A stretch of DNA of 62,941 nt, filler included, from 4 parts of 4 records of this genome joined end to end with filler, not necessarily neighbours in it, one strand, 5' to 3'. Shown: positions 1 to 11,773, counted from the first letter of the whole stretch. The notes: generated by a model from the letters alone, not told the origin. A program made the numbers and translations.

Positions 1-901
1 CCATCTTGTACCAAGTTTCGAACATTTCACGACCGTAGATACCTTTGATCACTAAACCTTTGAAGATCACCTGGTTCCAGTCGATTGCCATGTCTGAAGG
101 TGGAATACCTAACAAAGCAACACGACCACCGTGGTTCATAGTGTTCAGCATAGAGCTAAAAGCGCTCGGTACACCTGACATTTCAAGACCGACATCGAAG
201 CCTTCTGTCATACCAAGTTCAGCCATTACGTCATCTAGCTTTTGCTCGGCAACATTAACAGCGCGAGTTACGCCCATTTTGCGTGCAAGCTCTAGGCGGT
301 ACTCGTTAACATCAGTAATCACAACGTGACGAGCACCAACGTGTTTTGCAACAGCCGCAGCCATGATACCGATAGGACCAGCACCAGTGATGAGCACATC
401 TTCACCAACAAGATCGAAAGACAATGCTGTGTGTACTGCGTTACCAAATGGGTCAAAGATAGAGGCTAAATCGTCAGAGATTTCATCTGGGATTTTAAAC
501 GCGTTAAACGCTGGAATAACCAGAAACTCAGAGAAAGAACCCGTACGGTTTACACCCACGCCAACCGTGTTGCGGCATAAGTGCGTGCGGCCACCGCGAC
601 AGTTACGGCAGTGACCACAAGTAATATGGCCTTCACCAGAAACACGGTCACCCAGTTCGAAACCACGGACGCCTTCGCCGATACCAACAACTTCACCCAC
701 GTACTCATGGCCGACAACCATAGGTACAGGAATGGTTTTTTGTGACCATTCGTCCCAGTTGTAGATGTGAACGTCAGTACCACAAATAGCGGTTTTCTTA
801 ATTCTGATCAGAAGGTCGTTATAGCCCAGTTCTGGCTTGTCGACTTCTGTCATCCAAATGCCTTCTTCAGGCTTTAGCTTAGCTAGTGCTTTAATTTTCA
901 T
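1..901 (-). CDS. tdh: L-threonine 3-dehydrogenase (3' end outside window)
   Basis: Missing from the ORF track. Manual translation from ATG at 901 gives [17 protein letters not shown]..., with ICGTDVH, GHE and the Zn-binding CGHCRNC motif. Lies directly downstream of kbl. Confidence 0.96.
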   Translation of the reverse strand, partial: MKIKALAKLKPEEGIWMTEVDKPELGYNDLLIRIKKTAICGTDVHIYNWDEWSQKTIPVPMVVGHEYVGEVVGIGEGVRGFELGDRVSGEGHITCGHCRNCRGGRTHLCRNTVGVGVNRTGSFSEFLVIPAFNAFKIPDEISDDLASIFDPFGNAVHTALSFDLVGEDVLITGAGPIGIMAAAVAKHVGARHVVITDVNEYRLELARKMGVTRAVNVAEQKLDDVMAELGMTEGFDVGLEMSGVPSAFSSMLNTMNHGGRVALLGIPPSDMAIDWNQVIFKGLVIKGIYGREMFETWYKM

Positions 902-946
902 AATGCTCACCAAATGAATCCCCCGTTATGGCGGATTCAAAAATAC

Positions 947-2140
947 TTAGATAATGCCCATGTCTTTGCCCACTTCGATAAAGGCATCAATCGCTTTATC
1001 CAGTTGCTCACGAGTATGTGCTGCAGACATTTGGGTACGGATACGCGCTTGGCCTTTTGGTACCACTGGGAATGAGAAACCAACCACGTAAATGCCTTTA
1101 GCTAAAGAACGCTCTGCAAATTCAGCAGCAACTTTTGCGTCACCCAGCATGATTGGGATGATTGCGTGATCAGCACCAGCCATAGTAAAACCAGCATCAG
1201 TCATACGAGAACGGAAATGCGCAGCGTTATCCCATAGGCGGTCACGCAGTTCGCCACTTTCAGCAAGCAGATCAAGCACACGTATAGAAGCTGAAACGAT
1301 TGCAGGAGCAACAGAGTTAGAAAATAGGTATGGACGTGAACGCTGACGCAACCATTCGATCACTTCTTTCTTACCAGAAGTGTAACCGCCTGAAGCGCCA
1401 CCCATGGCTTTACCCAGTGTACCTGTGATGATGTCGATACGATCAATCACGTCATGGTATTCGTGAGTACCACGGCCGTTCTCACCCATAAAACCGACAG
1501 CGTGAGAGTCATCAACCATGACTAATGCATTGTATTTATCAGCTAGGTCACAAATCGCTGGAAGGTTAGCCACGACACCATCCATTGAGAACACGCCATC
1601 CGTTACGATGAGCTTATGGCGAGCACCCGCTTCGTCAGCGGCGATGAGTTGCTGTTCCAACTCTTGCATATTGTTGTTTGAGTAACGGAAACGCATTGCT
1701 TTACACAGACGAACACCGTCGATGATAGAAGCGTGGTTCAGTGCATCAGAGATGATTGCATCTTCTTTATCAAGCAGAGTTTCAAATAAACCTGCGTTTG
1801 CATCGAAACATGAGGTGTAAAGAATGGTGTCTTCTTGACCCAAGAAACTAGACAGTTTTTCTTCTAACGCTTTGTGAGAATCTTGTGTGCCACAAATAAA
1901 GCGAACAGAAGCCATACCAAAACCGTGAGAGTCCATGCCCTCTTTTGCAGCTTCAATCAGCTCAGGGTGGTTAGCTAGGCCAAGGTAGTTATTAGCACAA
2001 AAGTTTAAAACATCTTCGCCGGTTGAGATGTGCACAGAAGCTTTTTGCTGAGAGGTGATAATACGTTCTGATTTATAGAGACCTTCAGCTTTTACTTCGT
2101 CAATTTGATCACGAATTTGCTGGTAAAAAGCAGTCGACAT
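947..2140 (-). CDS. kbl: 2-amino-3-ketobutyrate CoA ligase (glycine C-acetyltransferase)
   Basis: Motifs [22 protein letters not shown] and [12 protein letters not shown] (PLP lysine). Start placed at ATG 2140 (MSTAFY) after a GAAGGA RBS rather than the track's 2176. Confidence 0.96.
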   Translation of the reverse strand: MSTAFYQQIRDQIDEVKAEGLYKSERIITSQQKASVHISTGEDVLNFCANNYLGLANHPELIEAAKEGMDSHGFGMASVRFICGTQDSHKALEEKLSSFLGQEDTILYTSCFDANAGLFETLLDKEDAIISDALNHASIIDGVRLCKAMRFRYSNNNMQELEQQLIAADEAGARHKLIVTDGVFSMDGVVANLPAICDLADKYNALVMVDDSHAVGFMGENGRGTHEYHDVIDRIDIITGTLGKAMGGASGGYTSGKKEVIEWLRQRSRPYLFSNSVAPAIVSASIRVLDLLAESGELRDRLWDNAAHFRSRMTDAGFTMAGADHAIIPIMLGDAKVAAEFAERSLAKGIYVVGFSFPVVPKGQARIRTQMSAAHTREQLDKAIDAFIEVGKDMGII

Positions 2141-2354
2141 TGCATTTTCCTTCTTCGTTTTAGGTAGGGTAAACAACCTTGTTATTTACACTGTAAAAAG
2201 AGTGTCCTGAGTAACGACAAAGGTCGAATTTTCGTCGTTACTGAAATATCTTCTAAGTGTAATCCACCAAACGAAAAGGGATTATCCATCTCCGTGGAAA
2301 AACATTAATGAAACTGAGGCACAAATAGAACTTATTAAGTGTGAGACTTCAAAT

Positions 2355-2381
2355 AAAACAAAAGCGCCCCTTGGGGCGCTT
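2355..2381 (-). terminator. Rho-independent terminator of the aldehyde dehydrogenase gene
   Basis: AAGCGCCCC-TT-GGGGCGCTT inverted repeat followed by a T-rich run on the minus strand. Confidence 0.8.
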
Positions 2382-2399
2382 GGATTGAGCTTGGTTTGT

Positions 2400-3920
2400 T
2401 TAGAAGAAACCTAATGGGTTCACATCGTAGCTCACCAACAGGTTCTTCGTATTTTGGTAGTGATCCAGCATCATTTTGTGGGTTTCACGACCAATACCTG
2501 ATTTCTTATAACCGCCGAACGCCGCATGCGCAGGGTAAGCGTGGTAACAGTTAATCCATACACGCCCAGCTTCAATGTTACGGCCCATTCGATACGCTAA
2601 GTTAGTATCACGCGTCCAAACACCGGCACCCAAGCCATACTCTGTATCGTTAGCAATTTCCAACGCTTCGGCTTCATCTTTGAAACTGGTAATTGCGATC
2701 ACTGGGCCAAAGATTTCTTCCTGGAACACACGCATCTTATTGTGGCCAGCCAGCATAGTTGGTTGGATGTAGTAACCGTTGGAGATATCGCCCTGCTGCG
2801 CTGACACTTCACCACCAAACACCACTTGAGCCCCCTCTTGGCGACCAATCTCCAGATAGCTTAAGATCTTATCGAACTGCTCTTGAGACGCCTGAGCACC
2901 GACCTGAGTGTCCGTGTCTAACGGGTTACCCTGTTTGATGGTTTGCGCACGTTCACTGAGCTTGGCCACGAACTTGTCGTAAATGGATTCATGCACCAGT
3001 ACACGTGATGGACAGGTACACACTTCGCCTTGGTTGAAGAAACCAAGCAAAGTACCTTCGATACATTTATCCAGATAAGCGTCTTCGTAATCGAAAATGT
3101 CACCGAAGTAGATGTTGGGTGATTTACCGCCAAGCTCTACAGTCGAAGGAATCAGGTTATCTGCTGCACATTTCAGAATGTGGTTACCCACTTCGGTCGA
3201 ACCGGTAAATGCCAATTTAGCGATACGGTTACTGGTTGCCAAAGCCTGACCCGCTTCGCTACCAAAACCATTCACCACATTCACTACACCAGCAGGGATA
3301 AGATCGCCGATGGTTTCCATCAAGATCAAAATAGAAGTTGGAGTTTGCTCTGCTGGCTTTAATACCACGCAGCAACCTGCCGCCATTGCGGGTGCAATTT
3401 TCCATGCTGCCATCAACATTGGGAAGTTCCATGGAATAATCTGACCTACGACACCAATGGGTTCCGGGAAGTGGTACGCTGCGGTCGTTGCGTCTATCTC
3501 AGCGGCGCTGCCCTCTTGCGCACGAATACAACCAGCAAAATAGCGGAAATGGTCAACCATCAACGGAATATCCGCCGCTAACGTCTCACGAATGGGCTTA
3601 CCATTTTCCCAAGATTCCACGTAAGCAAGCTTTTCTAGGTTCTCTTCAATTCGATCAGCAATTTTCAACAACAAGTTTGAACGTTCCTGAACACTGGTTT
3701 TCCCCCACGTTGCGCGAACTTGATGGGCAGCATCTAACGCAAGGTTAATGTCCTCTTCCGTTGAGCGTGCCACCTGGCAGTAGGTTTGACCATTGATAGG
3801 GGAAGAGTTATCAAAATACTCGCCACGAGTGGGCTTTACCCATTCACCACCAATAAAATTATCGTACTGATTTTTAAAATTAAAAATGGCTTTTTCTGTT
3901 CCTGGTTGCGCATAAATCAT
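2400..3920 (-). CDS. aldB: NAD-dependent aldehyde dehydrogenase, AldB/ExaC type
   Basis: Motifs [22 protein letters not shown], catalytic NQGEVCTC and EEIFGPV; 506 aa. Confidence 0.92.
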   Translation of the reverse strand: MIYAQPGTEKAIFNFKNQYDNFIGGEWVKPTRGEYFDNSSPINGQTYCQVARSTEEDINLALDAAHQVRATWGKTSVQERSNLLLKIADRIEENLEKLAYVESWENGKPIRETLAADIPLMVDHFRYFAGCIRAQEGSAAEIDATTAAYHFPEPIGVVGQIIPWNFPMLMAAWKIAPAMAAGCCVVLKPAEQTPTSILILMETIGDLIPAGVVNVVNGFGSEAGQALATSNRIAKLAFTGSTEVGNHILKCAADNLIPSTVELGGKSPNIYFGDIFDYEDAYLDKCIEGTLLGFFNQGEVCTCPSRVLVHESIYDKFVAKLSERAQTIKQGNPLDTDTQVGAQASQEQFDKILSYLEIGRQEGAQVVFGGEVSAQQGDISNGYYIQPTMLAGHNKMRVFQEEIFGPVIAITSFKDEAEALEIANDTEYGLGAGVWTRDTNLAYRMGRNIEAGRVWINCYHAYPAHAAFGGYKKSGIGRETHKMMLDHYQNTKNLLVSYDVNPLGFF

Positions 3921-4022
3921 AGTTCAGTCCTTGTTACTTCACATTCACGTTATTGTTATGGTCGGTTGACCTTTAGATGATTCTCGCAGTGAGACACATG
4001 CACACTGTCTAAAGTCCTTAAC

Positions 4023-4037
4023 GCAAATCACAAGCCA
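4023..4037 (-). promoter_or_regulatory. sigma54 -24/-12 promoter of aldB
   Basis: The minus strand reads TGGC-TTGTGAT-TTGC (TGGC-N7-TTGC spacing), about 100 bp upstream of aldB and next to a sigma54 activator gene. Confidence 0.8.
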
Positions 4038-4128
4038 AACTGATCAGCCTTGTTGTTAACAAATTGTAAAGCTATGATTAACAAAATGATAAACAGCACT
4101 TAGTGGCGACGGAATGGATGTTTGGGTA

Positions 4129-4189
4129 CTGTCACCCAATGTTCCAGTGTCCCAAAATGGCACACTGCTACTGTGACAACATGGAACAG
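4129..4189. promoter_or_regulatory. Probable enhancer (UAS) array for the AcoR-like activator
   Basis: Three related imperfect TGT-N11-ACA-type sites, the best being CAGTGTCCCAAAATGGCACACTG (4145-4167). They lie about 90-150 bp upstream of the sigma54 promoter. Confidence 0.6.
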
Positions 4190-4191
4190 TT

Positions 4192-5946
4192 ATGCAAATT
4201 CAATCAGTTAAAGATTGGCTATCGCTCTCATGGAATCGAAGCCAAGAAGCAGGACTGACGCAAAGAAGTCGTCCTGACCACATAAAGCTGCCTAATTATG
4301 AGCTGAAAGAACGTAAGTGGCTCGCCACTTCGTTGCTTTCTGCCGTTGAGAAATATGCTCTACCGCTGTTTAATCAAATGTGTGCCCACAGTGACAGTCA
4401 TTTGGTGTTAACCGACAAAGAAGGGGTAATTTTAGCCACATGGGGACAACCTCGCTTCAAAGAGCGTCTGACTGAAATCGCATTGGAGTCCGGAGCATGC
4501 TGGCAAGAGAAGCTCAAAGGAACCAATGCCATCGGTACCGCCATCGTAGAGGCTCGTCCAGTAACCGTTGTCGGCGACCAACACTACATTCGCCAACACC
4601 ACTTTATTAGCTGTTCCTCATGCCCTATTTTTACTCATCAGGGCCAACTACTGGGCATTCTTGATATCACCAGCGAACAGCAAAAACACGATTTGTCTAC
4701 ACAAGTACTGGTGCAAAACATGGTGCAGTTGGTTGAAAACCACTTACTGACTGAAATTCCTCAAGGATCCACTCGTTTCGATCTTGCCTGTGAGCGTTCG
4801 CTATTGAACAGCGGCTGGCAAGGCATCGTTATCGCTGACGATAGCGGAAAAATTCTCGCCCATAATCACATCGCTGCGCAACTATTAGCTCAACCTTCCG
4901 TGGTAGGCCACTCTGTTGAAGAGGTGTTCAATCAACGACCAGCGAACTTTGTGTTTGAAAGACGAGAAATTAACAGCAAGCCACGTAAAACCCACCACTA
5001 CACCGCGTCATGTGAGCTGCATTATGGAGATACACAAATTGAACAGGCATGGCAGCAAGCCAATAAGCTGATAGATAAAGATGTCACCATGATGATTCTC
5101 GGAGAAACCGGCGTTGGTAAAGGTGAATTTGTTAAAGCTCTGCACAAACACAATACGCGTAAAGAGAAACCTTTGGTTAGCGTGAACTGTGGTGCTCTCC
5201 CTAAAGACTTAATTGAGTCTGAGCTATTTGGTTATGTTGGCGGCGCGTTTACAGGAGCGAACAGCAAAGGCTATCAGGGTAAAATTCGCCAGGCTGATCA
5301 AGGTATTCTGTTTTTGGATGAAATTGCCGACATGCCGCTGGATGCGCAATCGCGTCTGCTGCATGTTATTCAGGATAAGGTAGTGATTCCCGTCGGATCT
5401 AACCAGAGCTATCCGGTCGATATTCAAATTATCGCTGCAACCCATAAAGATTTGGAGCGAGCGGTTGAAGACGGTTCATTCCGTCAGGATCTCTACTACC
5501 GATTAAACGGTGTAATTTTGCATCTACCCGCGCTGAGAGAAAGACAAGATAAAGAAGCCTTAATCGACAGTATCCATAAAGCCTATCGCATTGGTGCCCA
5601 GTCGTTATCACCGGCTTTGAAATCGCTGCTTGCGCAATATCACTGGCCTGGCAATATACGTGAGCTCGATAACCTGATGAAAGTCTCTTGCCTGCTGTCT
5701 AGCGATGATCCCGAACTCAATCTTGAACATGTACCCGGGCATATTAGTAAATCACTGTTGAGCACCGCACCCGAGACTCACGGTACAAGTGCTGTCGACC
5801 TTAAAACAACCGTCGAAGATAAGCTGTTACAAACCTACCAAGCGAATCAAGGTAATATCAGTCGAACCTCCAAGATGCTTGGCATCAGCAGAAACACCCT
5901 TTACCGCAAACTCAAGGCTATAGGTGTTCTGCATCAGGCGAGGTAA
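4192..5946 (+). CDS. sigma54-dependent activator, AcoR-like (GAF + AAA+ + Fis HTH)
   Basis: GTNAIGTA GAF signature, Walker A GETGVGK, GAFTGA, LFLDEI, WPGNIREL and a C-terminal LGISRNTLYRK HTH. Confidence 0.92.
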   Translation: MQIQSVKDWLSLSWNRSQEAGLTQRSRPDHIKLPNYELKERKWLATSLLSAVEKYALPLFNQMCAHSDSHLVLTDKEGVILATWGQPRFKERLTEIALESGACWQEKLKGTNAIGTAIVEARPVTVVGDQHYIRQHHFISCSSCPIFTHQGQLLGILDITSEQQKHDLSTQVLVQNMVQLVENHLLTEIPQGSTRFDLACERSLLNSGWQGIVIADDSGKILAHNHIAAQLLAQPSVVGHSVEEVFNQRPANFVFERREINSKPRKTHHYTASCELHYGDTQIEQAWQQANKLIDKDVTMMILGETGVGKGEFVKALHKHNTRKEKPLVSVNCGALPKDLIESELFGYVGGAFTGANSKGYQGKIRQADQGILFLDEIADMPLDAQSRLLHVIQDKVVIPVGSNQSYPVDIQIIAATHKDLERAVEDGSFRQDLYYRLNGVILHLPALRERQDKEALIDSIHKAYRIGAQSLSPALKSLLAQYHWPGNIRELDNLMKVSCLLSSDDPELNLEHVPGHISKSLLSTAPETHGTSAVDLKTTVEDKLLQTYQANQGNISRTSKMLGISRNTLYRKLKAIGVLHQAR

Positions 5947-8813
5947 TCTTCGATGTTGATCTCGTCAATCTGTTCGGGTAACAAGAACTGCTTCGCGTAG
6001 TTCATGTAAACACCTGAGCTCAAAAACAGTGCAAACAGATCGGCATCGATATGCTTGTCTTTCACCATGAAAGACATGATTTTTAGCGATTCAGACAAGG
6101 TTTTCGCTTTCTTATATGGCCGATCAGAACTGGTTAACGCCTCAAAAATATCCGCGATTGCCATTGCTTTGCCCGCCAGCGGAATATCGTGCTCTTCCAA
6201 TCCTTGAGGGTAACCTTGACCATTCAGTTTTTCGTGATGACTGCCGGCAATCAGTGGGATGTTTTTCAGGTTGGTTGGGAACGGCAAAGACTCGAGCATA
6301 CGCATTGTTTCGACAATATGGTCATTAATGATAAAACGCTCTTCTGTGTTAAGAGTGCCTCGTTCGATGCATAAGTTATACACTTCGCCCAAGTCATTTT
6401 TATACTGTTCCGCTTTAAGATTAAAGCGTTCATCACTGGTTTTATCTAACACCCAAGGAATTTTATGCCATGGCTTATCGGTCAATACATTTTCTGTGAC
6501 GGGAAGTGTTACGGGTTGTTGTTTATGCCGCAAGGTCTCTTCAGGCCCCAAGCCTAGCGAAGAATCCAACGTTCTTTGCCACGTTCTGGAAGCAATGTCT
6601 TTTATACGTGCTTTAGAATCGTCACTTAAAAATTCGTTGCCTTCGTTCATCTGGGCGACAAACGCAAAATCATCGTCAAGCTCGCGCCACTTCTCATCTA
6701 CTTGGGTTTGAATCGCTTCGGGTAACTCACCAAAATGTGCTTGATATGCTTCTATTTGGGCATCTCTCTTCAAAACTTCGAATCGAGTTCTCACTTCATG
6801 AATACGATTGTAAATCGTCTCTAGTTTAGTCGATTTATCAACCACATATTCAGGTGTAGTGACTTTCCCACAGTCGTGCAACCAAGACGCGATGTGTAAC
6901 GCCTCTTGATCGTCTGACGAAAGCTGAAAATCTTTAAACGGAGTATGTTCAGAATTCGACGCGGCTGTGACGAGTTGTTCCGTCAATACGGGGACGCGCT
7001 GACAATGATTGCCAGTAAAGGGAGATTTCGTATCTATAGCGCCGGCGATGACACGAATAAAGGCTTCGAGTAACTCTTTTTGTTCTCTCAAACGGGTTTT
7101 GGTTTCAATCGCCAGCGAGGTGTATCCTGTTAGCACCACCACCAGAGGCAAAACTTCATCAAGAATTTTTTGTTTTTGCGGCTCTTTGTAAGCCAAATTC
7201 AAACAGCCAATACAAGTTTTTTCACGGTCATACAATGGCACCATCAACCACCAGGTATCATCGGTCAAACGTAGCTTGTGCGAAAATTCCTTACTATTGT
7301 GGTAAATCACATATTCTTCATCGGTAACACTCGCAAAAACCTGTTGCAGAACGTCATTATCATCAATATACGACAGCGATACATCATGCTTATCTTTGGT
7401 TTTTGCGTCCCAATAAACATGCGTGCCTAAGGTGCGTGAATGAGGATGGACTATCGACAAAAATGCCCCTTGCGCTTCTGTCGCTTTAACCAAGCCCTCA
7501 CTGATCACTTTTTGAATTCGGTCCATATCCTTCTGTTGTGAAATGGTCCGTGTCAGTTCAAAAAAGTTTCTAATTGTTATGTTCATCCCACTCAATGCAG
7601 AGTTCAAATCCACAATTTCTTTGATTCGGCTTGGTTTATAGTTTGGTGAATCAAACTTAAAATGGCTGATGGATTGAGCATTCATTGTGGCATGGCGAAT
7701 AGGACGACTAATAAACTGCGCCGCTACATAAACGATAGGCAGTACAATCAACGCCAGAATAAACGCCGTGGCTATTGCGTGGGTTCTAATCGCGGCAGCT
7801 TTATCGAGTAACTCACTATCTTTTATTGCAAACAGTAAGTAGAAATCTTTATCACCGATTCGAGAGACAGGAAACACTTCGCCGAACCACTTATGACCAT
7901 TAACGATTTCCGTCCTTAAACCATTACCAATCATCGATTCATCGAGCGCGACTTCTCTTAAGCGAGGGAATGGTAAGTCATCGATCCTTTCTAACTCATC
8001 CAATGACAATCGATGTGCAGTCCCTTCACTGTAGGCATAGATATAGCGTTGATTCTTTTCATACAACAGACGAGTGGAAGGATGATCTGAAGCGGTTCGA
8101 GACAAGATGTCAGACACACTTGAAAGCAATATTTCAGCAGCGATAACAGTACCGGTTGATGCTTTTTTCTGAACGGTCACGCCAATTTCTTGCTGTACTC
8201 GGAAAAAACGCGGCTCTGCAAGCGTCAGTTCACTATTTTTAGCCGAGGTAAACCAAGTTTCTTTGCGCGCATCCAGATCGGTATTGTCCAGCATCTGGGA
8301 TCCAATCAACTTACCCTGCTCAGAGAAGAAAAATAACGTTGCGTAACCTTTACCGAATGATGAAACAACACCAAACAATTCAGCATCATCAGGAACAGGA
8401 ATATCTTTCATCCACGGCGAATTGGTATTTTTCATCGCGGCAATCAAGTCACCATTACTGTATCCAATAAAGTAGGCGTTAACACCGGACTGAGTGTGCA
8501 ACATTTTCTGCAAAATAGTGATGTAAGAAATTCTGTCTTCTTCAAGTTGAGAATCGACAACGGGCGTTAATTCTAAAGTGCTAAGCGCATCCATTGCGGG
8601 TTGAAAGACTTTTTCAAAATCGCCTGTGGTGGTATCAGCGATCTGTTCAAAAAGCGTTTGATTTGCTTCGAAAATAATTTCATCAATACTTCTAGAAGAT
8701 GCCCAGATCTGCAACAGGCAAGACCCAGCAACCACTGAGACAAATAAAACAGACAGGTGAATGTGAAGCGGCATGACAAATGATGAATACCACTTTTTGT
8801 TTGGTTTATTCAT
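5934..8813 (-). CDS. Membrane-anchored HD-GYP phosphodiesterase with periplasmic sensor and GAF-like domains
   Basis: Two TM segments flank a periplasmic domain. Motifs HCQRV, LHDCGK, HHEKLNGQGYP and ADIFEAL...RPYK. Confidence 0.85.
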   Translation of the reverse strand: MNKPNKKWYSSFVMPLHIHLSVLFVSVVAGSCLLQIWASSRSIDEIIFEANQTLFEQIADTTTGDFEKVFQPAMDALSTLELTPVVDSQLEEDRISYITILQKMLHTQSGVNAYFIGYSNGDLIAAMKNTNSPWMKDIPVPDDAELFGVVSSFGKGYATLFFFSEQGKLIGSQMLDNTDLDARKETWFTSAKNSELTLAEPRFFRVQQEIGVTVQKKASTGTVIAAEILLSSVSDILSRTASDHPSTRLLYEKNQRYIYAYSEGTAHRLSLDELERIDDLPFPRLREVALDESMIGNGLRTEIVNGHKWFGEVFPVSRIGDKDFYLLFAIKDSELLDKAAAIRTHAIATAFILALIVLPIVYVAAQFISRPIRHATMNAQSISHFKFDSPNYKPSRIKEIVDLNSALSGMNITIRNFFELTRTISQQKDMDRIQKVISEGLVKATEAQGAFLSIVHPHSRTLGTHVYWDAKTKDKHDVSLSYIDDNDVLQQVFASVTDEEYVIYHNSKEFSHKLRLTDDTWWLMVPLYDREKTCIGCLNLAYKEPQKQKILDEVLPLVVVLTGYTSLAIETKTRLREQKELLEAFIRVIAGAIDTKSPFTGNHCQRVPVLTEQLVTAASNSEHTPFKDFQLSSDDQEALHIASWLHDCGKVTTPEYVVDKSTKLETIYNRIHEVRTRFEVLKRDAQIEAYQAHFGELPEAIQTQVDEKWRELDDDFAFVAQMNEGNEFLSDDSKARIKDIASRTWQRTLDSSLGLGPEETLRHKQQPVTLPVTENVLTDKPWHKIPWVLDKTSDERFNLKAEQYKNDLGEVYNLCIERGTLNTEERFIINDHIVETMRMLESLPFPTNLKNIPLIAGSHHEKLNGQGYPQGLEEHDIPLAGKAMAIADIFEALTSSDRPYKKAKTLSESLKIMSFMVKDKHIDADLFALFLSSGVYMNYAKQFLLPEQIDEINIEDYLA

Positions 8814-8954
8814 TCTGGTTTTCCTAGCACAACATCCTGTAAAGATAGACTATTTTCCCTTCTCATAAGTAGGAATAATGTCAGTATCGAAAATGTTTAT
8901 TGTGCTAGAGTACTGTTATCCGTCTAAGATGCTCACCCATTAGTTTGAAATGAT

Positions 8955-9878
8955 ATGTTGAATCCAAAGCTCATTGCCCTACTGCCTGATTTAGCCACCT
9001 TTATTTTGGTGGTCAACGAAGGCAGTTTTACTGCTGCGGCACAAAAACTAGGCGTAACACCTTCTGCTTTGAGCAAGCTGATTACCCGCCTTGAACAAGC
9101 GCTGAGTGTTAAGTTGTTTGAACGCACCACTCGCAAACTGGTGATCACTCAGGCGGGTCAAAAAATTTATGATCAGTGCTTAGTGATGGTCAACGCTGCT
9201 CAACAAGCCGTAGACCTTTCCAGTGCTGACCATACCGAGGCTTCAGGTACGCTAACCATTGCTGCGCCAGAAGCATTTTTAAACTCGGTATTACAACCTC
9301 TGGTGGTACCGTTTTTAAAGCAGTACCCTCATATTCAACTCAGGCTGCGGGGTGCTGATGGTGAAATTGACTTGCTGAAACACAATGTCGACGTGGCGTT
9401 TAAGCTCACCGATAAGCCTGACGAAAACCTTGTGCTCAAAGAACTCGGCAAGACAAACTTGGTGCTTTGTGCCAGCCCGGATTATCTGGTCGAGCGTGGA
9501 ACCCCCGTGCACCCTACAGAGTTGGCAAATCATGACTGCCTTTACTTAGCAGAAACCGAATATGACCATATCTGGAGCTTCTTGAAAGACGATGAGTTTC
9601 ATACGGTTGCGATAACAGGCCGATATGCGGTGAACCAATCGCAAATGCGCCTAAACGGTACTAAGAATGGTTTGGGTATTGGAATATTCCATGATTTTGT
9701 GGTGAAAGATGCCATTGAAAAAGGTGAAGTGATCCAGCTACTGGATGATTGGACCATCAAGAGTAACTATCATGGTGCTATCGCGATGCAGTATGCTCAA
9801 ACCAAATATATGCCAGCACGATTACGGGTGTTTATCGATTACGCGCTGAAGCATTTGGGATCTAAACTCAATAGTTAA
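8955..9878 (+). CDS. LysR-family transcriptional regulator
   Basis: N-terminal GSFTAAAQKLGVTPSALSK...LFERTTR HTH; 307 aa. Confidence 0.93.
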   Translation: MLNPKLIALLPDLATFILVVNEGSFTAAAQKLGVTPSALSKLITRLEQALSVKLFERTTRKLVITQAGQKIYDQCLVMVNAAQQAVDLSSADHTEASGTLTIAAPEAFLNSVLQPLVVPFLKQYPHIQLRLRGADGEIDLLKHNVDVAFKLTDKPDENLVLKELGKTNLVLCASPDYLVERGTPVHPTELANHDCLYLAETEYDHIWSFLKDDEFHTVAITGRYAVNQSQMRLNGTKNGLGIGIFHDFVVKDAIEKGEVIQLLDDWTIKSNYHGAIAMQYAQTKYMPARLRVFIDYALKHLGSKLNS

Positions 9879-9910
9879 TGTCATCTAACCAAATAAAATA
9901 AAGGACCATC

Positions 9911-10297
9911 ATGTTAAAAGGAATTCATCACGCTGCCATTATTTGTTCTGATTATTCACGCTCAAAGTCCTTCTATGTTGACGTTTTAGGTTTAACGGTT
10001 GTGGCGGAAAATTATCGACAAGCGAGAGACTCGTACAAGTTAGATTTAGCCCTTCCTGACGGGGCTCAAATAGAGCTGTTTTCTTTTCCGGAAGCACCAC
10101 AACGACCAAGTTATCCAGAAGCTCAGGGGTTACGCCACCTCGCTTTTTGTGTAAATGATGTAGAGCAGGCAAAACGTCATTTAGAGAGCCAGGGCGTTGA
10201 GGTAGAGCCTATACGCATTGATGAATTTACCGGTAAAGCGTTCACTTTCTTTGCCGATCCTGATGGTTTACCTTTGGAGTTGTACCAACACGCATAA
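9911..10297 (+). CDS. VOC/glyoxalase-family protein (YaeR-like)
   Basis: Motifs IHHAAII, IELFSFP, GLRHLAF and FFADPDGLPLELY. Confidence 0.9.
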   Translation: MLKGIHHAAIICSDYSRSKSFYVDVLGLTVVAENYRQARDSYKLDLALPDGAQIELFSFPEAPQRPSYPEAQGLRHLAFCVNDVEQAKRHLESQGVEVEPIRIDEFTGKAFTFFADPDGLPLELYQHA

Positions 10298-10329
10298 AAA
10301 AACGCCAAGTGTTTAGACTTGGCGTTTTT
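10296..10329. terminator. Bidirectional terminator
   Basis: AAAAAAACGCCAAGT-GTTTAG-ACTTGGCGTTTTT between convergent genes. Confidence 0.85.
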
Positions 10330-10345
10330 ATCATCAATGAAAGAG

Positions 10346-11773
10346 TTAAGCCGCTTTGACTGCTGGCTTCGCTTTCTCGGATTTACCGGTAATGAGCAAC
10401 TCATGCAGCGCACAAATCGCGGCGTTGTAATCACTATCTTCAACAACAAACTGCACGTTTACATTTCGCATTGAAGAGTGTGCCGCCATAGGAGTAACGT
10501 CAGCTTTATCCAGTGCTTGCATACCATGGCTTAATGCTTTGTTGGTATTGATTTGCGCACCGATAGCTGAGATCAACGCAACCATTTTTCCTGAAATAGA
10601 TGCGTTCGGATAACGTTTTTCCGCTTTATAAAGCACTTCATTGAGGTTTTCAGTGCTGCCGCTCAGGAAGTAGGTCATTGAGTTCGCGTTCATCTCTTTT
10701 CCAACCAAATGAACCTGAGCTTCAGCGATAATTTCCATAACGTCATAGCTTACGTTATCAACATTACCCACCATACTCTGATCGAACATGTGCAAAGCGA
10801 AAACCTTGTTACGACCAGCGATAATCTCAACCTTGTCAGCTTCTGGCTGATGCTCGTTAGAGATCAGCGTACCTTCATGATCCGGTTCGAAGGTGTTCTT
10901 GACACGAAGCTCAATACCTTTGTTACGTAAACCCGCAGCTGCATTCGGGTGAATCGCTTCCATACCAAGGTTAGCAAGCTGGTCTGCCACATCAAAGTTA
11001 GTTAAACCCATTGGGCGTACTTTATCCGGGCCAACAACACGAGGGTCAGCAGAACTTAGGTGGTATTCTTTATGAATGATCGCTTGATCAGCGTTTGTCA
11101 GTGCTGCAATACGACTAAACGTCATCTCACTGTAGCCACGATCATAGGTTTTCATTAAACCTTCATCACAATACGCGTAACCAGTAACGATTGGCAGTTC
11201 TGTATTAACATCAATGTCTTCAAACGCACGCAGAATCACTTCATCAAGAGAACCACGGGTATCTTCGTTCCACCCAGATAGGTCAACAAAACGTGCATTC
11301 ACACCCAGTGCTTTTAATTTTAGAGACGTGTTGTAGGCACTGTGCGCTTCACCAATGGATGAAAGAAACTCTCTTACCTGTGGTAAGTAATGACGCAGAG
11401 AAAACTGTCCATACTGACACGTTTCTAAAATGTTGTTGATGCAGTTTACGGCTTCAGAAATACGTGAGCGAATAAACTTATCTGCGCGAATACGGCTCAT
11501 TGGGTCAGCAAATAAGTTTTCGTTAATCATCAACATACGTTGTTCAAGCTCGTACATTGCTTCACGCCAATCATCATCTCGCTTGGCGATCATTTTGTAG
11601 ATACCTGCTTTGCCTGTGCGTTTACACTCCAGCAGTGCATCTGTCATTCCAGAGTAAGCCGATACAACAAACACTCGGCCATACGGGTTACTCGGTTTTA
11701 GCAGAATATTATCAAGGACTGCATCGAATGCAGACATAGAAGTACCACCGATTTTCTCTACGGTGTAATACAT
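10346..11773 (-). CDS. ask: Ectoine-pathway aspartate kinase
   Basis: Motifs VEKIGGTSM, VVSAYSG and DRGYSE, plus C-terminal ACT-like regions. Last gene of the ect operon. Confidence 0.93.
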   Translation of the reverse strand: MYYTVEKIGGTSMSAFDAVLDNILLKPSNPYGRVFVVSAYSGMTDALLECKRTGKAGIYKMIAKRDDDWREAMYELEQRMLMINENLFADPMSRIRADKFIRSRISEAVNCINNILETCQYGQFSLRHYLPQVREFLSSIGEAHSAYNTSLKLKALGVNARFVDLSGWNEDTRGSLDEVILRAFEDIDVNTELPIVTGYAYCDEGLMKTYDRGYSEMTFSRIAALTNADQAIIHKEYHLSSADPRVVGPDKVRPMGLTNFDVADQLANLGMEAIHPNAAAGLRNKGIELRVKNTFEPDHEGTLISNEHQPEADKVEIIAGRNKVFALHMFDQSMVGNVDNVSYDVMEIIAEAQVHLVGKEMNANSMTYFLSGSTENLNEVLYKAEKRYPNASISGKMVALISAIGAQINTNKALSHGMQALDKADVTPMAAHSSMRNVNVQFVVEDSDYNAAICALHELLITGKSEKAKPAVKAA

